This document shows, piece after piece, positions 25,749 through 34,544 of a stretch of 64,000 bases of DNA; positions within the stretch are counted from its first letter, which is position 1, and each line of letters starts with the position of its first letter. The notes beneath the pieces were generated by a model. It worked only from the letters and a program-made list of their open reading frames with translations. It was not told the origin of the DNA and did no database searches. The stretch is from Candidatus Nomurabacteria bacterium (GTDB lineage: Bacteria; Patescibacteriota; Saccharimonadia; Saccharimonadales; JAGQNJ01). The DNA is taken from positions 212,258 through 276,257 of the forward strand of contig CP060231.1 in the NCBI GenBank assembly GCA_023898625.1, written 5' to 3'. The position numbers and the translations under genes were made by a program.

Positions 25749-26645
25749 TAAAGCCTGTTCGATCTTTGCGCCTAGCTGGGCAATCGTTTTATATCCAACG
25801 CCTGTAGTAAGTATAGCGACTACAATCTTTTGGCCATTTGGCAGTTCAATTATCGCTGTATCGTGCCACTCTTTATCTTCATTCCAACCAACTTTGTTGT
25901 ATACTATTGATTTTGTAAACCCAGCTGGCAAGCCTATGCGAAACTTTGAATCTTGAGATTTCATAGAATCCAGGTAAGACTTCTTTGAATTCACGCTAAG
26001 CCCCTCACCTTTCGCAATCTTTTGTAACATTATTGCTGAGTCGTTAGCAGAAGTATATAAGCCAGTTAAAGAGGTATTGATGAGTCCATAAGATTTCATC
26101 TGTTCGGTAATGGATTCTTTGCCTAATTCAGCCCACATTTTTTCTGCACATGGACTGTAAGACGCACGAATCATAGCATCTAGGCACTCGCCTCTTGTAT
26201 ATCCAGTAATATAAGGTTCATTAAGATCATAAGTCCCGTCATCTATCTTTTGATAACCCACGTATGCTACAAATAATTTGTATATACTTGCTGTGAAAAA
26301 TTGTTGATCCCCGTTAACTTCTGCCAGCGATCGACCATTGATATCTGTTATTTTAATTGCATAGGTACCGGGATTATTTTTTATGAATTCATCGATTGTT
26401 GATTGAATATTGGGTAGCGTCTTTTCTTGACTTGATGATTCATTAGTATTACTGGTAGGTTGTTGATTAGTTGACTGATTTGTTGGCGTTGACGGACTGT
26501 GCGCCTTCTTCTTGGCTAAAAGTAACCAAGCCACTACAGCTATCATCAGTATAGCCATAAACAATACAGTACCTGAGCGAAGATGCCTTGATTTGGTGGG
26601 TTTCTGAGGCGATTCTGTATGCCGTCGATAACTTGTTTGTGGCAT
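25740..26645 (-). CDS. membrane-anchored serine hydrolase of the class-A beta-lactamase / PBP-like fold
   Basis: S-x-x-K 'ASIYK', S-x-N 'SAND', and a K-T/V-G variant 'NKVGW'. An N-terminal TM helix is followed by a Ser/Thr/Gln/Pro-rich linker. Confidence 0.6.
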   Translation of the reverse strand: MPQTSYRRHTESPQKPTKSRHLRSGTVLFMAILMIAVVAWLLLAKKKAHSPSTPTNQSTNQQPTSNTNESSSQEKTLPNIQSTIDEFIKNNPGTYAIKITDINGRSLAEVNGDQQFFTASIYKLFVAYVGYQKIDDGTYDLNEPYITGYTRGECLDAMIRASYSPCAEKMWAELGKESITEQMKSYGLINTSLTGLYTSANDSAIMLQKIAKGEGLSVNSKKSYLDSMKSQDSKFRIGLPAGFTKSIVYNKVGWNEDKEWHDTAIIELPNGQKIVVAILTTGVGYKTIAQLGAKIEQALLK

Positions 26646-26675
26646 GTTATCTAGTATACGACAACTACACTATAG

Positions 26676-27398
26676 TCACAGGACAGATTTAGCTTTTAAT
26701 AGATAAAAGCGTTCAAGATTGCCTTTTGCGCCACTTACTTTGCTATCGGACTTGTTAGCAATAACGAACAAATCTTTTACCCATAATTCAAAATCTTTAA
26801 GAATTTCTCTGCGCACCTTTTCGTTTTTGATGACACCTTTATTCTTAAGATTTGCGCCAGTTTCAAACTGTGGCTTAACCATAGCGACTATTGTCGCCCG
26901 TGGTGCAATTCTTTTAATATATGGTAATACCTCTCTTAGACTAATAAAGCTTACATCCATAACCACCATATCAATATTTTGTTTCGTAGAAAAACTACGT
27001 ATATCGGTTTGTTCGTGTAGCTCAACCCTTTCGTTGTGACGAAGTTTTGTGTGAAGCTGATTAGTGCCAACATCAACCGCAATAACCTTTTTTGCACCAT
27101 GTTGCAAAGCAAAATCCGTAAAACCCCCTGTTGAAGAGCCAACATCTAAGACTACTTTATTATTAAAGTCCAGATCAAATATCTTAGAAACAGATGCCAA
27201 CTTTAAACCAGCCCTTGATACATATCGTTCATTCGCTGTAACAACCACGTTGTCGCTAGGGCTAACATAATAACTAGGTTTTATAATAATCTTCCCGTTT
27301 ACCTGAACCTCTCCAAGCTTGATAAGGCTTTCGGCTTGGCTCCTTGTGGCTACCAACTTCTGCGCAACCAATGTTTGATCTAAGCGAAATTTTGTCAT
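26676..27398 (-). CDS. tlyA: TlyA-family rRNA 2'-O-methyltransferase
   Basis: S4 domain 'RLDQTLVAQKLVATRSQAESLIKLGEVQVNGK' and SAM motif 'LDVGSSTGGFTD'. The ATG at 27398 forms a TAATG overlap with the upstream stop. The track start at 27428 is rejected. Confidence 0.85.
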   Translation of the reverse strand: MTKFRLDQTLVAQKLVATRSQAESLIKLGEVQVNGKIIIKPSYYVSPSDNVVVTANERYVSRAGLKLASVSKIFDLDFNNKVVLDVGSSTGGFTDFALQHGAKKVIAVDVGTNQLHTKLRHNERVELHEQTDIRSFSTKQNIDMVVMDVSFISLREVLPYIKRIAPRATIVAMVKPQFETGANLKNKGVIKNEKVRREILKDFELWVKDLFVIANKSDSKVSGAKGNLERFYLLKAKSVL

Positions 27399-28078
27399 TA
27401 CAAATCCAGTACTTTCTCCGGTGGCCAATCTAGAAGTTCGTTTATAGTATTACCTTCGGCAAGTCGCCGATTCACCTCTATAATCCCAAAAACCGAACCT
27501 TCGTCTAAATACGGTGAACTCCAGTTAAACCATCTGTCCATCATAATATCCGCAAGCTCTTCGGAACCATTAGCTTCTTCTATCTGCGTAACAAGTTCAG
27601 ACTTAGTCTGATGATGATTGCTATAACCGCAACTCTCTAAATCCATGAAAAAAGATTGCTCAGTTAAACCAAGTTCGGAAGATGCAATATCTTCTGCGAC
27701 ATGCGCCAAACCCTCACTAGCAATCTCTTCTATCAAATTCCAGCCAGCGAACCTTTCGTATCTTGCGGCATGCGTCAATTCGTGAACCGATGCCACTACG
27801 TAGGCACCAAACTTTTTCTCAACCTTCCTTCGCCGATAATCGTCAACTCGAATAAACAAACTAAAGCCAGTTGCATCCTCATTCTCGGCAACTGCAGGAT
27901 AACTATTACCACAGCGCTTTATTTGCGCAATCTTAGGCTGACTATAGTCAATGCCAATATACTCTGCCGTCTGATGAGCGAGTTCAATTGCACCTTCTAC
28001 AAATGGCCTCACTAAACGTCGATGGCTTCGACGCCAGAAACAACTCTTCCAGGAAATATCTATTTCTGGGTTTGACAT
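27398..28078 (-). CDS. putative zinc metalloprotease-like protein (HExxH)
   Basis: 'VASVHELTHAARYE' contains HExxH, with 'EGLAHVAE' downstream. 226 aa. The family was not identified with confidence. Confidence 0.45.
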   Translation of the reverse strand: MSNPEIDISWKSCFWRRSHRRLVRPFVEGAIELAHQTAEYIGIDYSQPKIAQIKRCGNSYPAVAENEDATGFSLFIRVDDYRRRKVEKKFGAYVVASVHELTHAARYERFAGWNLIEEIASEGLAHVAEDIASSELGLTEQSFFMDLESCGYSNHHQTKSELVTQIEEANGSEELADIMMDRWFNWSSPYLDEGSVFGIIEVNRRLAEGNTINELLDWPPEKVLDL

Positions 28079-28086
28079 GCAATTAT

Positions 28087-28653
28087 TTAATCTTTTTTAC
28101 GTTCACGATATGCACCAGTTGCTGTATCGACACTAATAACGTCGCCAACCTTAATAAATGCCGGAACCTTCACCTTAACACCAGTTTCAAGCTCGGCGTC
28201 TTTCAAAACACTACTGGTCGTATCACCCTTAACTACATCCTCTGCATACGTGACTTTTAAATAAACATTCTTGGGTAGCTCCACGTTAATAATACGGCCA
28301 TCAAAAAGCTGAACAATAACTTTGTCTCCTTCTTTTAGATACCCCGATTGATCACCGATCAGTTCCGAAGATACTTCAAATTGTTCATAAGTTTCATCTT
28401 CCATAAAAAAGTATATTGAACCATCACTGTACAGGTATTGGACGTTCTTATTAACGACTTCAGCGGGATCTAACTGTTCATTGCCTTTGAAGGTCTTTTC
28501 AAGAACCTTACCATCAAGCAAACTTTTTATTCGAACATTAACGATCGAACCTCCACGACCCATAACTTTCTGCGAATAGTCAATAACCTTAAAAGGCTCG
28601 CCATTAAATTGAAATAATGTTCCCTTCTTTAGGTCTGTGATTCCAAATGCCAT
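28087..28653 (-). CDS. efp: elongation factor P
   Basis: 188 aa. The sequence 'LKKGTLFQFNGEPFKVIDYSQKVMGRGGSIVNVRIKSLLDGK' aligns to the EF-P domain I loop. The tip residue is Arg33. Confidence 0.9.
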   Translation of the reverse strand: MAFGITDLKKGTLFQFNGEPFKVIDYSQKVMGRGGSIVNVRIKSLLDGKVLEKTFKGNEQLDPAEVVNKNVQYLYSDGSIYFFMEDETYEQFEVSSELIGDQSGYLKEGDKVIVQLFDGRIINVELPKNVYLKVTYAEDVVKGDTTSSVLKDAELETGVKVKVPAFIKVGDVISVDTATGAYRERKKD

Positions 28654-28656
28654 TAT

Positions 28657-28860
28657 TTAACCCTTTGCTACAAATGGTAATAGCGCAAGATGTCGGGCAC
28701 GCTTGATTGCTCGTGCAAGATGTCGTTGCTGACTTTCGGTTAATCCAGATTTTTTCCGACCTTCAATTTGTCCATAAACATTTACATATCGCTGTAACGT
28801 CTTAAAGTCTTTGTAGTCGAAAAATGCAACTTCTTCTTTTTTTCTAAAAATTTTTGCCAT
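28657..28860 (-). CDS. rpsR: 30S ribosomal protein S18
   Basis: 'FFDYKDFKTLQRYVNVYGQIEGRKKSGLTESQQRHLARAIKRARHLALLPF'. Confidence 0.95.
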   Translation of the reverse strand: MAKIFRKKEEVAFFDYKDFKTLQRYVNVYGQIEGRKKSGLTESQQRHLARAIKRARHLALLPFVAKG

Positions 28861-28941
28861 TATATAAATCTCCTTACTTCTCGAATCTACCTAGATAGAT
28901 ATCTATTGCTGTGCGCAGTATATGTCTTTAAAATATGCCCC

Positions 28942-29397
28942 CTAAAATGGAATGTCGTCGAGGTTGATTGCCTCATCACTAACGTCATCCACTTCTACTG
29001 CGTCGTTATTTTTACTTGAACTATTACTTGAGCTACGTGATGACTCGTTTCCGTTAAAGTCACCAGAACCACCGCCAACAAAGTTAAAGTCTTCAACAAC
29101 AACCTCTACTTTGCTTCGCTTTTGGCCATCTTGTTCCCAACTTCGTTGATCTAGACGTCCAGAAACTAAAATTGGTCGACCTTTTTGCATATATTGAGCA
29201 ATAACCTCACCAGTTCTACCCCATGCCACACAGTCGATATAGCTAACTGAATCTTGCTGACTGCCATCCGAACCCTTCCAGGTGCGATTCACGGCAATCG
29301 AAAAGTTTGCTACACTCTGACCATTTGGCGTAGTCCGCACCTCTGGATCCCGTGTTAGATTGCCCATTAATATTACTTTGTTAAAACCTTTTGCCAT
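28942..29397 (-). CDS. ssb: single-stranded DNA-binding protein
   Basis: OB fold 'NKVILMGNLTRDPEVRTTPNGQSVANFSIAVNR', an acidic tail ending 'DDIPF', and rpsF-ssb-rpsR synteny. Confidence 0.95.
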   Translation of the reverse strand: MAKGFNKVILMGNLTRDPEVRTTPNGQSVANFSIAVNRTWKGSDGSQQDSVSYIDCVAWGRTGEVIAQYMQKGRPILVSGRLDQRSWEQDGQKRSKVEVVVEDFNFVGGGSGDFNGNESSRSSSNSSSKNNDAVEVDDVSDEAINLDDIPF

Positions 29398-29432
29398 AGC
29401 ACTTCTCCCTTATACCTATTAGTGTAGTATAT

Positions 29433-29816
29433 TTACTCCTCTGTTTCTTCTTGTGCTTGTGTATTTTCAGTTACTTGCTGAGCTTTTTTCTTTTCAGCAG
29501 TTTCTTTAAGCTCTTTTATCTTTGCTTGCTCTTTTTCGTCAATCTTAACAATTAAATATCGGATTACTTCATCTGTGATATTAAGTGTCGCTTCTATCTT
29601 TGCAAGAACTGTTGGATTAAGCTCAACTGTATAAAAAACATATACAGCTGACTCTAGTTTATTTATTGGATAGGCAAGCTTTTTTTTGCCCCAAATATCG
29701 GTGTCAACAATCTTTCCCATATTGTCATCGATAATTTTCTTGACGCGCATTTCACCCTTATCAAGATCTACTTCAAGATCCGGATGGTATAGCACAGCTA
29801 GTTCGTACTTATTCAA
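29433..29816 (-). CDS. rpsF: 30S ribosomal protein S6
   Basis: 'NKYELAVLYHPDLE...' is a typical S6 N-terminus. I place the start at the TTG at 29816, 5 nt after AAGGAGAGG. The ATG at 29846 used by the track would add 10 non-conserved residues. The acidic/Lys-rich C-terminal tail is retained. Confidence 0.85.
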   Translation of the reverse strand: MNKYELAVLYHPDLEVDLDKGEMRVKKIIDDNMGKIVDTDIWGKKKLAYPINKLESAVYVFYTVELNPTVLAKIEATLNITDEVIRYLIVKIDEKEQAKIKELKETAEKKKAQQVTENTQAQEETEE

Positions 29817-29886
29817 AACCTCTCCTTTCTTTGGGTTTGCCCACATGTCTTAAGGAACCGTGAGCAGAAAAGTTACTAACTCGTTT

Positions 29887-29915
29887 AGTGTACCAAACTG
29901 ACCTCTGTTTGTCAA
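29887..29915 (-). promoter_or_regulatory. putative promoter of the rpsF-ssb-rpsR-efp operon
   Basis: On the minus strand: TTGACA (29915-29910), a 17-nt spacer, then TACACT (29892-29887). Confidence 0.5.
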
Positions 29916-29925
29916 AATTAAACAG

Positions 29926-31377
29926 ATGCTATATCATGCTGTAATGAGCCTCGTAAGCAGAAAATCAACCAAGGTTAAAAGCAGTAACAAACGAACAGTC
30001 ATACTTACTCAGAAAAGAATTGCCTACATCATCGTAGGAATAGTTGGAGTATTGTTAGTGACGAATGTAATGATACACCAGATGTACAAAAACAAAACCT
30101 ATCCCAAAACAATGCTAAACAATCAATTAATCGGATCACAAAATTACACAGAAATAAAATCCAAAACCAAACAGATTGTCGATCCACCTCAAAAAATAAC
30201 CCTAAAGCTAGGCGATAAGTCCAAAGAGTCTACACCACACGACTTAGGGATATCAATAAACTATGATTCGATTATTAATCAAATTATACAAAATCGTGCA
30301 ATTATCCCCATGATCAACCTACTAAAAACAAACAAAACATCCGCTTCTTTTAGCGCCAATACCGAAACTACAAATAAGTATCTCGAGTCAGTTCGAAAAG
30401 AACTAGAGACAAACGCCGTACCTGCTCATGTAGAGCTAGAAAACACAAAGTTCAAAGCTGTCTCAGCCAAAGCACCAATAACCCTAGATATCGATGCATC
30501 AACAAAAGCAATCACCGAGCAACTCCATAACAACAAAACCACCGTTGACTTGCAACAAAAAAAAGAAGATCCACCTCAATCAAATTTCAACCCAGAAGAA
30601 GAAACGGCTAAGCTTAATGACAGCCTAAATACAGTAATAACCATCAAATTTGATAGTCAATCAAAATCAGTCACCAAAGCCCAGATTGCTAGCCTATATG
30701 AGCCTAAAGATAATACTTATGTCTTATCTCTAACAAGAATTAGTGAACTAATCATGAGTATTGCGAAACAGCTCAACGTATCCCCCGGAAACAAACAACA
30801 GCTTATAGACCAGATGGCCAAATCACTTCAGTCATCAAAAAATACTGAGCTATCCATTCAATCAGCGCCAAAAAAACAGATTACCTACACATATTGTGTA
30901 TCTGCAAAAGGCGTAGACTCGTCATATCTTGGAACTTTCAGGAGTAAATTGCAAGAGGTTTACGCAGACGCTAGAGGATGGTCAGTTGGTGGTCAAATAA
31001 GGTTCGTAGAAGTTACTAGTGGATGCAACTATACCGCGTGGCTAACAAGAGCTGATCTGGTTCCCAGCTTTAGTTCAACTATCTGTGACAGTATATGGAG
31101 TTGTCGGGTTGGTAATAACGTAATTATAAATTTTGATAGATGGTCCGGTGCTAGCCCAGCCTGGAACAATGCAGGTGGATCGCTAGATAGGTATCGCACA
31201 ATGGTAATCAACCACGAAACGGGTCATTGGTTAGGCTTTTCTCATCGATATTGTGGTGGGATTGGACAGCCCGCCCCCGTTATGCAACAGCAATCAATTA
31301 GCTTGCAAGGTTGCGCCTTCAACTCTTGGCCAACCGCTTCCGAAATTCAGTCCTTAAAGAGCTCTGAAGGGCTCTAG
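29926..31377 (+). CDS. membrane-anchored protein with C-terminal DUF3152-like zinc-metalloprotease-like domain
   Basis: An N-terminal TM helix ('IAYIIVGIVGVLLVTNVMI'). The C-terminus 'RGWSVGG.IRFVEV...WSCRVGNNVIINFDRW....MVINHETGHWLGFSH' matches my recollection of DUF3152. Confidence 0.55.
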   Translation: MLYHAVMSLVSRKSTKVKSSNKRTVILTQKRIAYIIVGIVGVLLVTNVMIHQMYKNKTYPKTMLNNQLIGSQNYTEIKSKTKQIVDPPQKITLKLGDKSKESTPHDLGISINYDSIINQIIQNRAIIPMINLLKTNKTSASFSANTETTNKYLESVRKELETNAVPAHVELENTKFKAVSAKAPITLDIDASTKAITEQLHNNKTTVDLQQKKEDPPQSNFNPEEETAKLNDSLNTVITIKFDSQSKSVTKAQIASLYEPKDNTYVLSLTRISELIMSIAKQLNVSPGNKQQLIDQMAKSLQSSKNTELSIQSAPKKQITYTYCVSAKGVDSSYLGTFRSKLQEVYADARGWSVGGQIRFVEVTSGCNYTAWLTRADLVPSFSSTICDSIWSCRVGNNVIINFDRWSGASPAWNNAGGSLDRYRTMVINHETGHWLGFSHRYCGGIGQPAPVMQQQSISLQGCAFNSWPTASEIQSLKSSEGL

Positions 31378-31379
31378 AC

Positions 31380-31433
31380 AAAAAAGAACCGGTCAAAGGT
31401 AAATAGTATATAAAATCTACCCTCAGCCGGCTC
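31380..31433 (-). terminator. probable terminator between convergent genes (ftsK side)
   Basis: An imperfect long hairpin GAACCGG...CCGGCTC (31386-31392 / 31427-31433) with inner AGGGTA/TACCTT pairing. On the minus strand it is followed by TTTTTT (31380-31385). Confidence 0.45.
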
Positions 31434-31507
31434 TAATTTGTTGAACCGTTTTTGTTTCTATCTAATCGTAAGCAATTTTTGTTAACTATGCAAGTCAATT
31501 ATTGACA

Positions 31508-33655
31508 TTACGATTCTTCTGACTCTGGCTCGTAAGATTCCTCTTGCCCCGATACGCTATCCATAGAATCAATCAAAACATCTCTTGGTCTAGAGCCTTT
31601 GGCTGGACCAACTATCCCTTGCTCTTCCATCGTGTCGATAAATCGTGAGGCTCGCCCGTAACCTACTTGTAGTCTCCTCTGCAAGTAACTTGTGCTTGCC
31701 TTGCGACTTTCTACAACAACGCTAACCGCCTCTTTATACATAGGATCGTCCACTGCACTTCCTCCATCACTTACGACACCTCCGCGACCATTTAGCTGAA
31801 CTGGTTGACTCACAACCTCATCATCATAGTTCGGCTCTCTTTGATCGCGAATAAAATCAGTAACCTTGTTTGTCTCTTCGTCAGTAATCAAAGCACCTTG
31901 AACACGTTTAGCCTTAGGCATATCTGCAGTCAAGAGCAACATATCACCTTGCCCAAGTAGCTTTTCGGCACCAGCCTTATCAATAATAGTCTTTGAGTCC
32001 ACCTGGCTAGCCACAGTGAATGCAATCCTAGCTGGAACATTAGCCTTAATGAGTCCGGTAATAACATCGACACTTGGTCGTTGTGTTGCCAAAATCAAGT
32101 GAATACCGACTGCTCGAGCCTTTTGAGCGATCCTCACAATAAGAGCCTCTACATCGCGCGCCGCTACCATCATTAGGTCCGCCAATTCGTCTATCACAAC
32201 AACGATATATGGCATTCCTTCCTCTTTCTTTTTATTGTTATACTCAACAATATTGCGTACACGTATTTCGCTCATCGCTTTATATCGACGTTCCATCTCT
32301 GCTACAGTCCATTTTAGAGCACTAATACACTTTTCTGGTTCGGTAATCACCTCTGTTAACAGATGAGGTATATCATCGTAAGGCTTAAGTTCTACCTGCT
32401 TTGGATCAACTAGAACCAACTTAAGATCACTAGGACTGTTTCGATACAGCAAACTCGTAAGAATCGTATTAATCATAACCGACTTACCAGAACCAGTCTG
32501 CCCTGCTACAAGTAGGTGAGGCATCTTGGCTAAATCTGCTGTTACAGGTAAGCCTGATATATCTTTTCCAATAACAAAGCCTAATGGCCCACTCAATTTC
32601 TTCCACTCTGGTGATTGCAAAACGCTACTAATGCGAACTGTCGCCGATCTTTTGTTTGGAATCTCGATACCTACCGCCCTTTTTCCTGGTATTGGCGCTT
32701 CAATCCTTATTGATGTGGCCTCTAAGTCATAGGCCAAATTATCGGCATACCCAGCGAGTTTACTCAATTTTACGCCGTTACCAGGCTTCAATGTGTATTG
32801 AGTTACCCTAGGCCCAACATTTGCGCCCTCCATTTCAACATTAATATTAAAATTAGCAAATGAATCACTAATCAATTGCGCCTTAGCCTCAACATCACCA
32901 GGATCTGCCTTGTCTTGCTCCTGGTTTAGCAAGCTAATACTCGGCAATTTCCACGATGGATCACTCTTAACGGTCAATGCTTCGTGGTTCTCTTCGGCAG
33001 TGAGTTTCTGAACACTATTTTTTAAAGCCCTTGATTTAGTGCCACTATGCTCTACTGGAACACCCTCATTTAACACAAATCCTGAATTCTTTTTTAGATC
33101 AGCAAGCTCAGAATCCTCTTCTTTGTCTCGCTTAAATATAGCGCCAAATTTCAGGAATATATCTGGTGATATATTAAAAGCAAAGAAAAATGCCAGTAGT
33201 GAAAATATGAAAAACATTATTGATGCAGGGATTTGTGTAATTGCACCGAGAGTCGTGTTGCCTATTAACGCACCAACCTTCCCCCCAAATCCACCACTAA
33301 AACCACTGACTGCATCTCCTGATACAAACGCTACATGAAGCCAGGTGGCAAATAGTATAAGAAATGCAAGCATGCTAACTGCTTTGCTTAGCGGAATACG
33401 GTGATCTTCAGACGTAAACTTAATTACACCAAAGAATATCAGAGCAATAGGCACCATGTAAGCGCCAAGACCAAAAATTGTATATGCAACCTTGAAAAGA
33501 CCCTCTGGCAAAGGACCGCCAGCACCAAACCCACCAAGTAATGTAAATAATGCCAGCAAAATCATTAATACACCACCGGCCATAGCCCAGAACGGTGAGC
33601 GCTCTACTACTTCGGCCTGTTTCTTTCTTGCTTGTCTTTTTCTTTTTCTTGCCAT
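31508..33655 (-). CDS. ftsK: DNA translocase FtsK/SpoIIIE
   Basis: An N-terminal 4-TM region, Walker A 'GQTGSGKSV', 'VVVIDELADLMM', and a C-terminal gamma winged-helix 'ASTSYLQRRLQVGYGRASRFID'. Confidence 0.95.
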   Translation of the reverse strand: MARKRKRQARKKQAEVVERSPFWAMAGGVLMILLALFTLLGGFGAGGPLPEGLFKVAYTIFGLGAYMVPIALIFFGVIKFTSEDHRIPLSKAVSMLAFLILFATWLHVAFVSGDAVSGFSGGFGGKVGALIGNTTLGAITQIPASIMFFIFSLLAFFFAFNISPDIFLKFGAIFKRDKEEDSELADLKKNSGFVLNEGVPVEHSGTKSRALKNSVQKLTAEENHEALTVKSDPSWKLPSISLLNQEQDKADPGDVEAKAQLISDSFANFNINVEMEGANVGPRVTQYTLKPGNGVKLSKLAGYADNLAYDLEATSIRIEAPIPGKRAVGIEIPNKRSATVRISSVLQSPEWKKLSGPLGFVIGKDISGLPVTADLAKMPHLLVAGQTGSGKSVMINTILTSLLYRNSPSDLKLVLVDPKQVELKPYDDIPHLLTEVITEPEKCISALKWTVAEMERRYKAMSEIRVRNIVEYNNKKKEEGMPYIVVVIDELADLMMVAARDVEALIVRIAQKARAVGIHLILATQRPSVDVITGLIKANVPARIAFTVASQVDSKTIIDKAGAEKLLGQGDMLLLTADMPKAKRVQGALITDEETNKVTDFIRDQREPNYDDEVVSQPVQLNGRGGVVSDGGSAVDDPMYKEAVSVVVESRKASTSYLQRRLQVGYGRASRFIDTMEEQGIVGPAKGSRPRDVLIDSMDSVSGQEESYEPESEES

Positions 33656-33717
33656 AACTGATTAATTATATCATTACTGTTTTGGTTATTGTTGCATAAA
33701 GCATTAACAATAACTCT

Positions 33718-33746
33718 ATTATAGCAAATTTTACAACGTATGTCAA
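33718..33746 (-). promoter_or_regulatory. consensus sigma-70 promoter upstream of ftsK
   Basis: On the minus strand: TTGACA (33746-33741), a 17-nt spacer, then TATAAT (33723-33718). Both hexamers are perfect. Confidence 0.65.
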
Positions 33747-33764
33747 TATTGTTGTGTTTTTACA

Positions 33765-33795
33765 CAAAAAATGAGAGCCTAGCAGGACTCTCATT
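33765..33795 (-). terminator. rho-independent terminator of the 105-aa gene
   Basis: An 8-bp stem AATGAGAG/CTCTCATT (33770-33777 / 33788-33795) with a 10-nt loop. On the minus strand it is followed by TTTTTT. Confidence 0.8.
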
Positions 33796-33815
33796 AATGA
33801 TTAACACAGTTTGTA

Positions 33816-34133
33816 TTAACTTGCCTGGTTTAAGTGTTGAGTTGTAGCTTCAACTGCCGTTTCGCCAAGTTGTTTAGTTGTAGGGTCTACATTCTCGGGT
33901 TGAGGCAATATTTCGTTTAATGCCCCTTCATTCTCCTGCTTAGCCGGTTCACCATTTGCAAATCGATTCCATGTTTCTTGGTCTTCTTTGCCAGGATTTT
34001 CTAACTCTTGTTTAGCCTGTTCTTGAGTTTTACCCTCTGTTGAAGAAGCATGCTCTGCAATCAATTCTTCAATTCTGCCTGCACTTAATTGTGGTGTTTC
34101 TTTTTCTGGTTTTTGTAGTACATCTGTACTCAT
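33816..34133 (-). CDS. small acidic, probably disordered protein (105 aa)
   Basis: An ORF rich in E/Q/K/T/P with no hydrophobic core. It is framed by a near-consensus promoter and a strong terminator, so it is monocistronic. Confidence 0.55.
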   Translation of the reverse strand: MSTDVLQKPEKETPQLSAGRIEELIAEHASSTEGKTQEQAKQELENPGKEDQETWNRFANGEPAKQENEGALNEILPQPENVDPTTKQLGETAVEATTQHLNQAS

Positions 34134-34187
34134 TTTTTTGTTCCTTTTTTAGTTTTATAGGTTTTTGTTTGTCAGTCGATAGTAATC

Positions 34188-34216
34188 ATATTACCACGCT
34201 TATGCTTTTTTGTCAA
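34188..34216 (-). promoter_or_regulatory. near-consensus sigma-70 promoter of the 105-aa gene
   Basis: On the minus strand: TTGACA (34216-34211), a 17-nt spacer, then TAATAT (34193-34188). Confidence 0.6.
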
Positions 34217-34227
34217 GACTGATCTAG

Positions 34228-34324
34228 TGGGTTCACTGAACTAAAACGGAACAAGCCGTTAAAGTAAGTAGTGTCAACTAACTTACGGAAGGAGGGCTTG
34301 TTCCGTTTTAGTTCAGTGAACCCA
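34228..34324. repeat. 30-bp perfect inverted repeat with structured 37-nt spacer
   Basis: The left arm TGGGTTCACTGAACTAAAACGGAACAAGCC (34228-34257) is exactly complementary to the right arm GGCTTGTTCCGTTTTAGTTCAGTGAACCCA (34295-34324). The spacer itself contains GTAAGTAGT/ACT(A)ACTTAC pairing. Confidence 0.9.
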
Positions 34325-34544
34325 ATTCCCCAATCTATTGCCATCAGTGACACTGTATGATATTCTGTCTATTTTTACTGTTATTGAGTTTAAACTCATG
34401 TATGACCCTCTCGTTTATTCAAACTTAAGCAGTATTATACATGTTTATTCAAATACAATGCAATATATTTTACAATACACTTTAACTATTTTTGATAGGC
34501 CCTATCTTTGCCACCTAACACCTTCATCACCCTGGTATTTATAT

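Noticed and set aside
34228-34324. The long hairpin as SRP (4.5S) RNA, a tRNA-like element or an intrinsic terminator of rnj.
   Set aside because: A 'CGGAAGGAG' stretch superficially recalls the SRP helix 8 'CCGGAAGGAAGC'. However, the GGAA is not in an apical tetraloop closed by C-G pairs, and the conserved symmetric and asymmetric loops are absent. There is no cloverleaf. There is no U-run on either strand, and it lies about 220 nt beyond the rnj stop.
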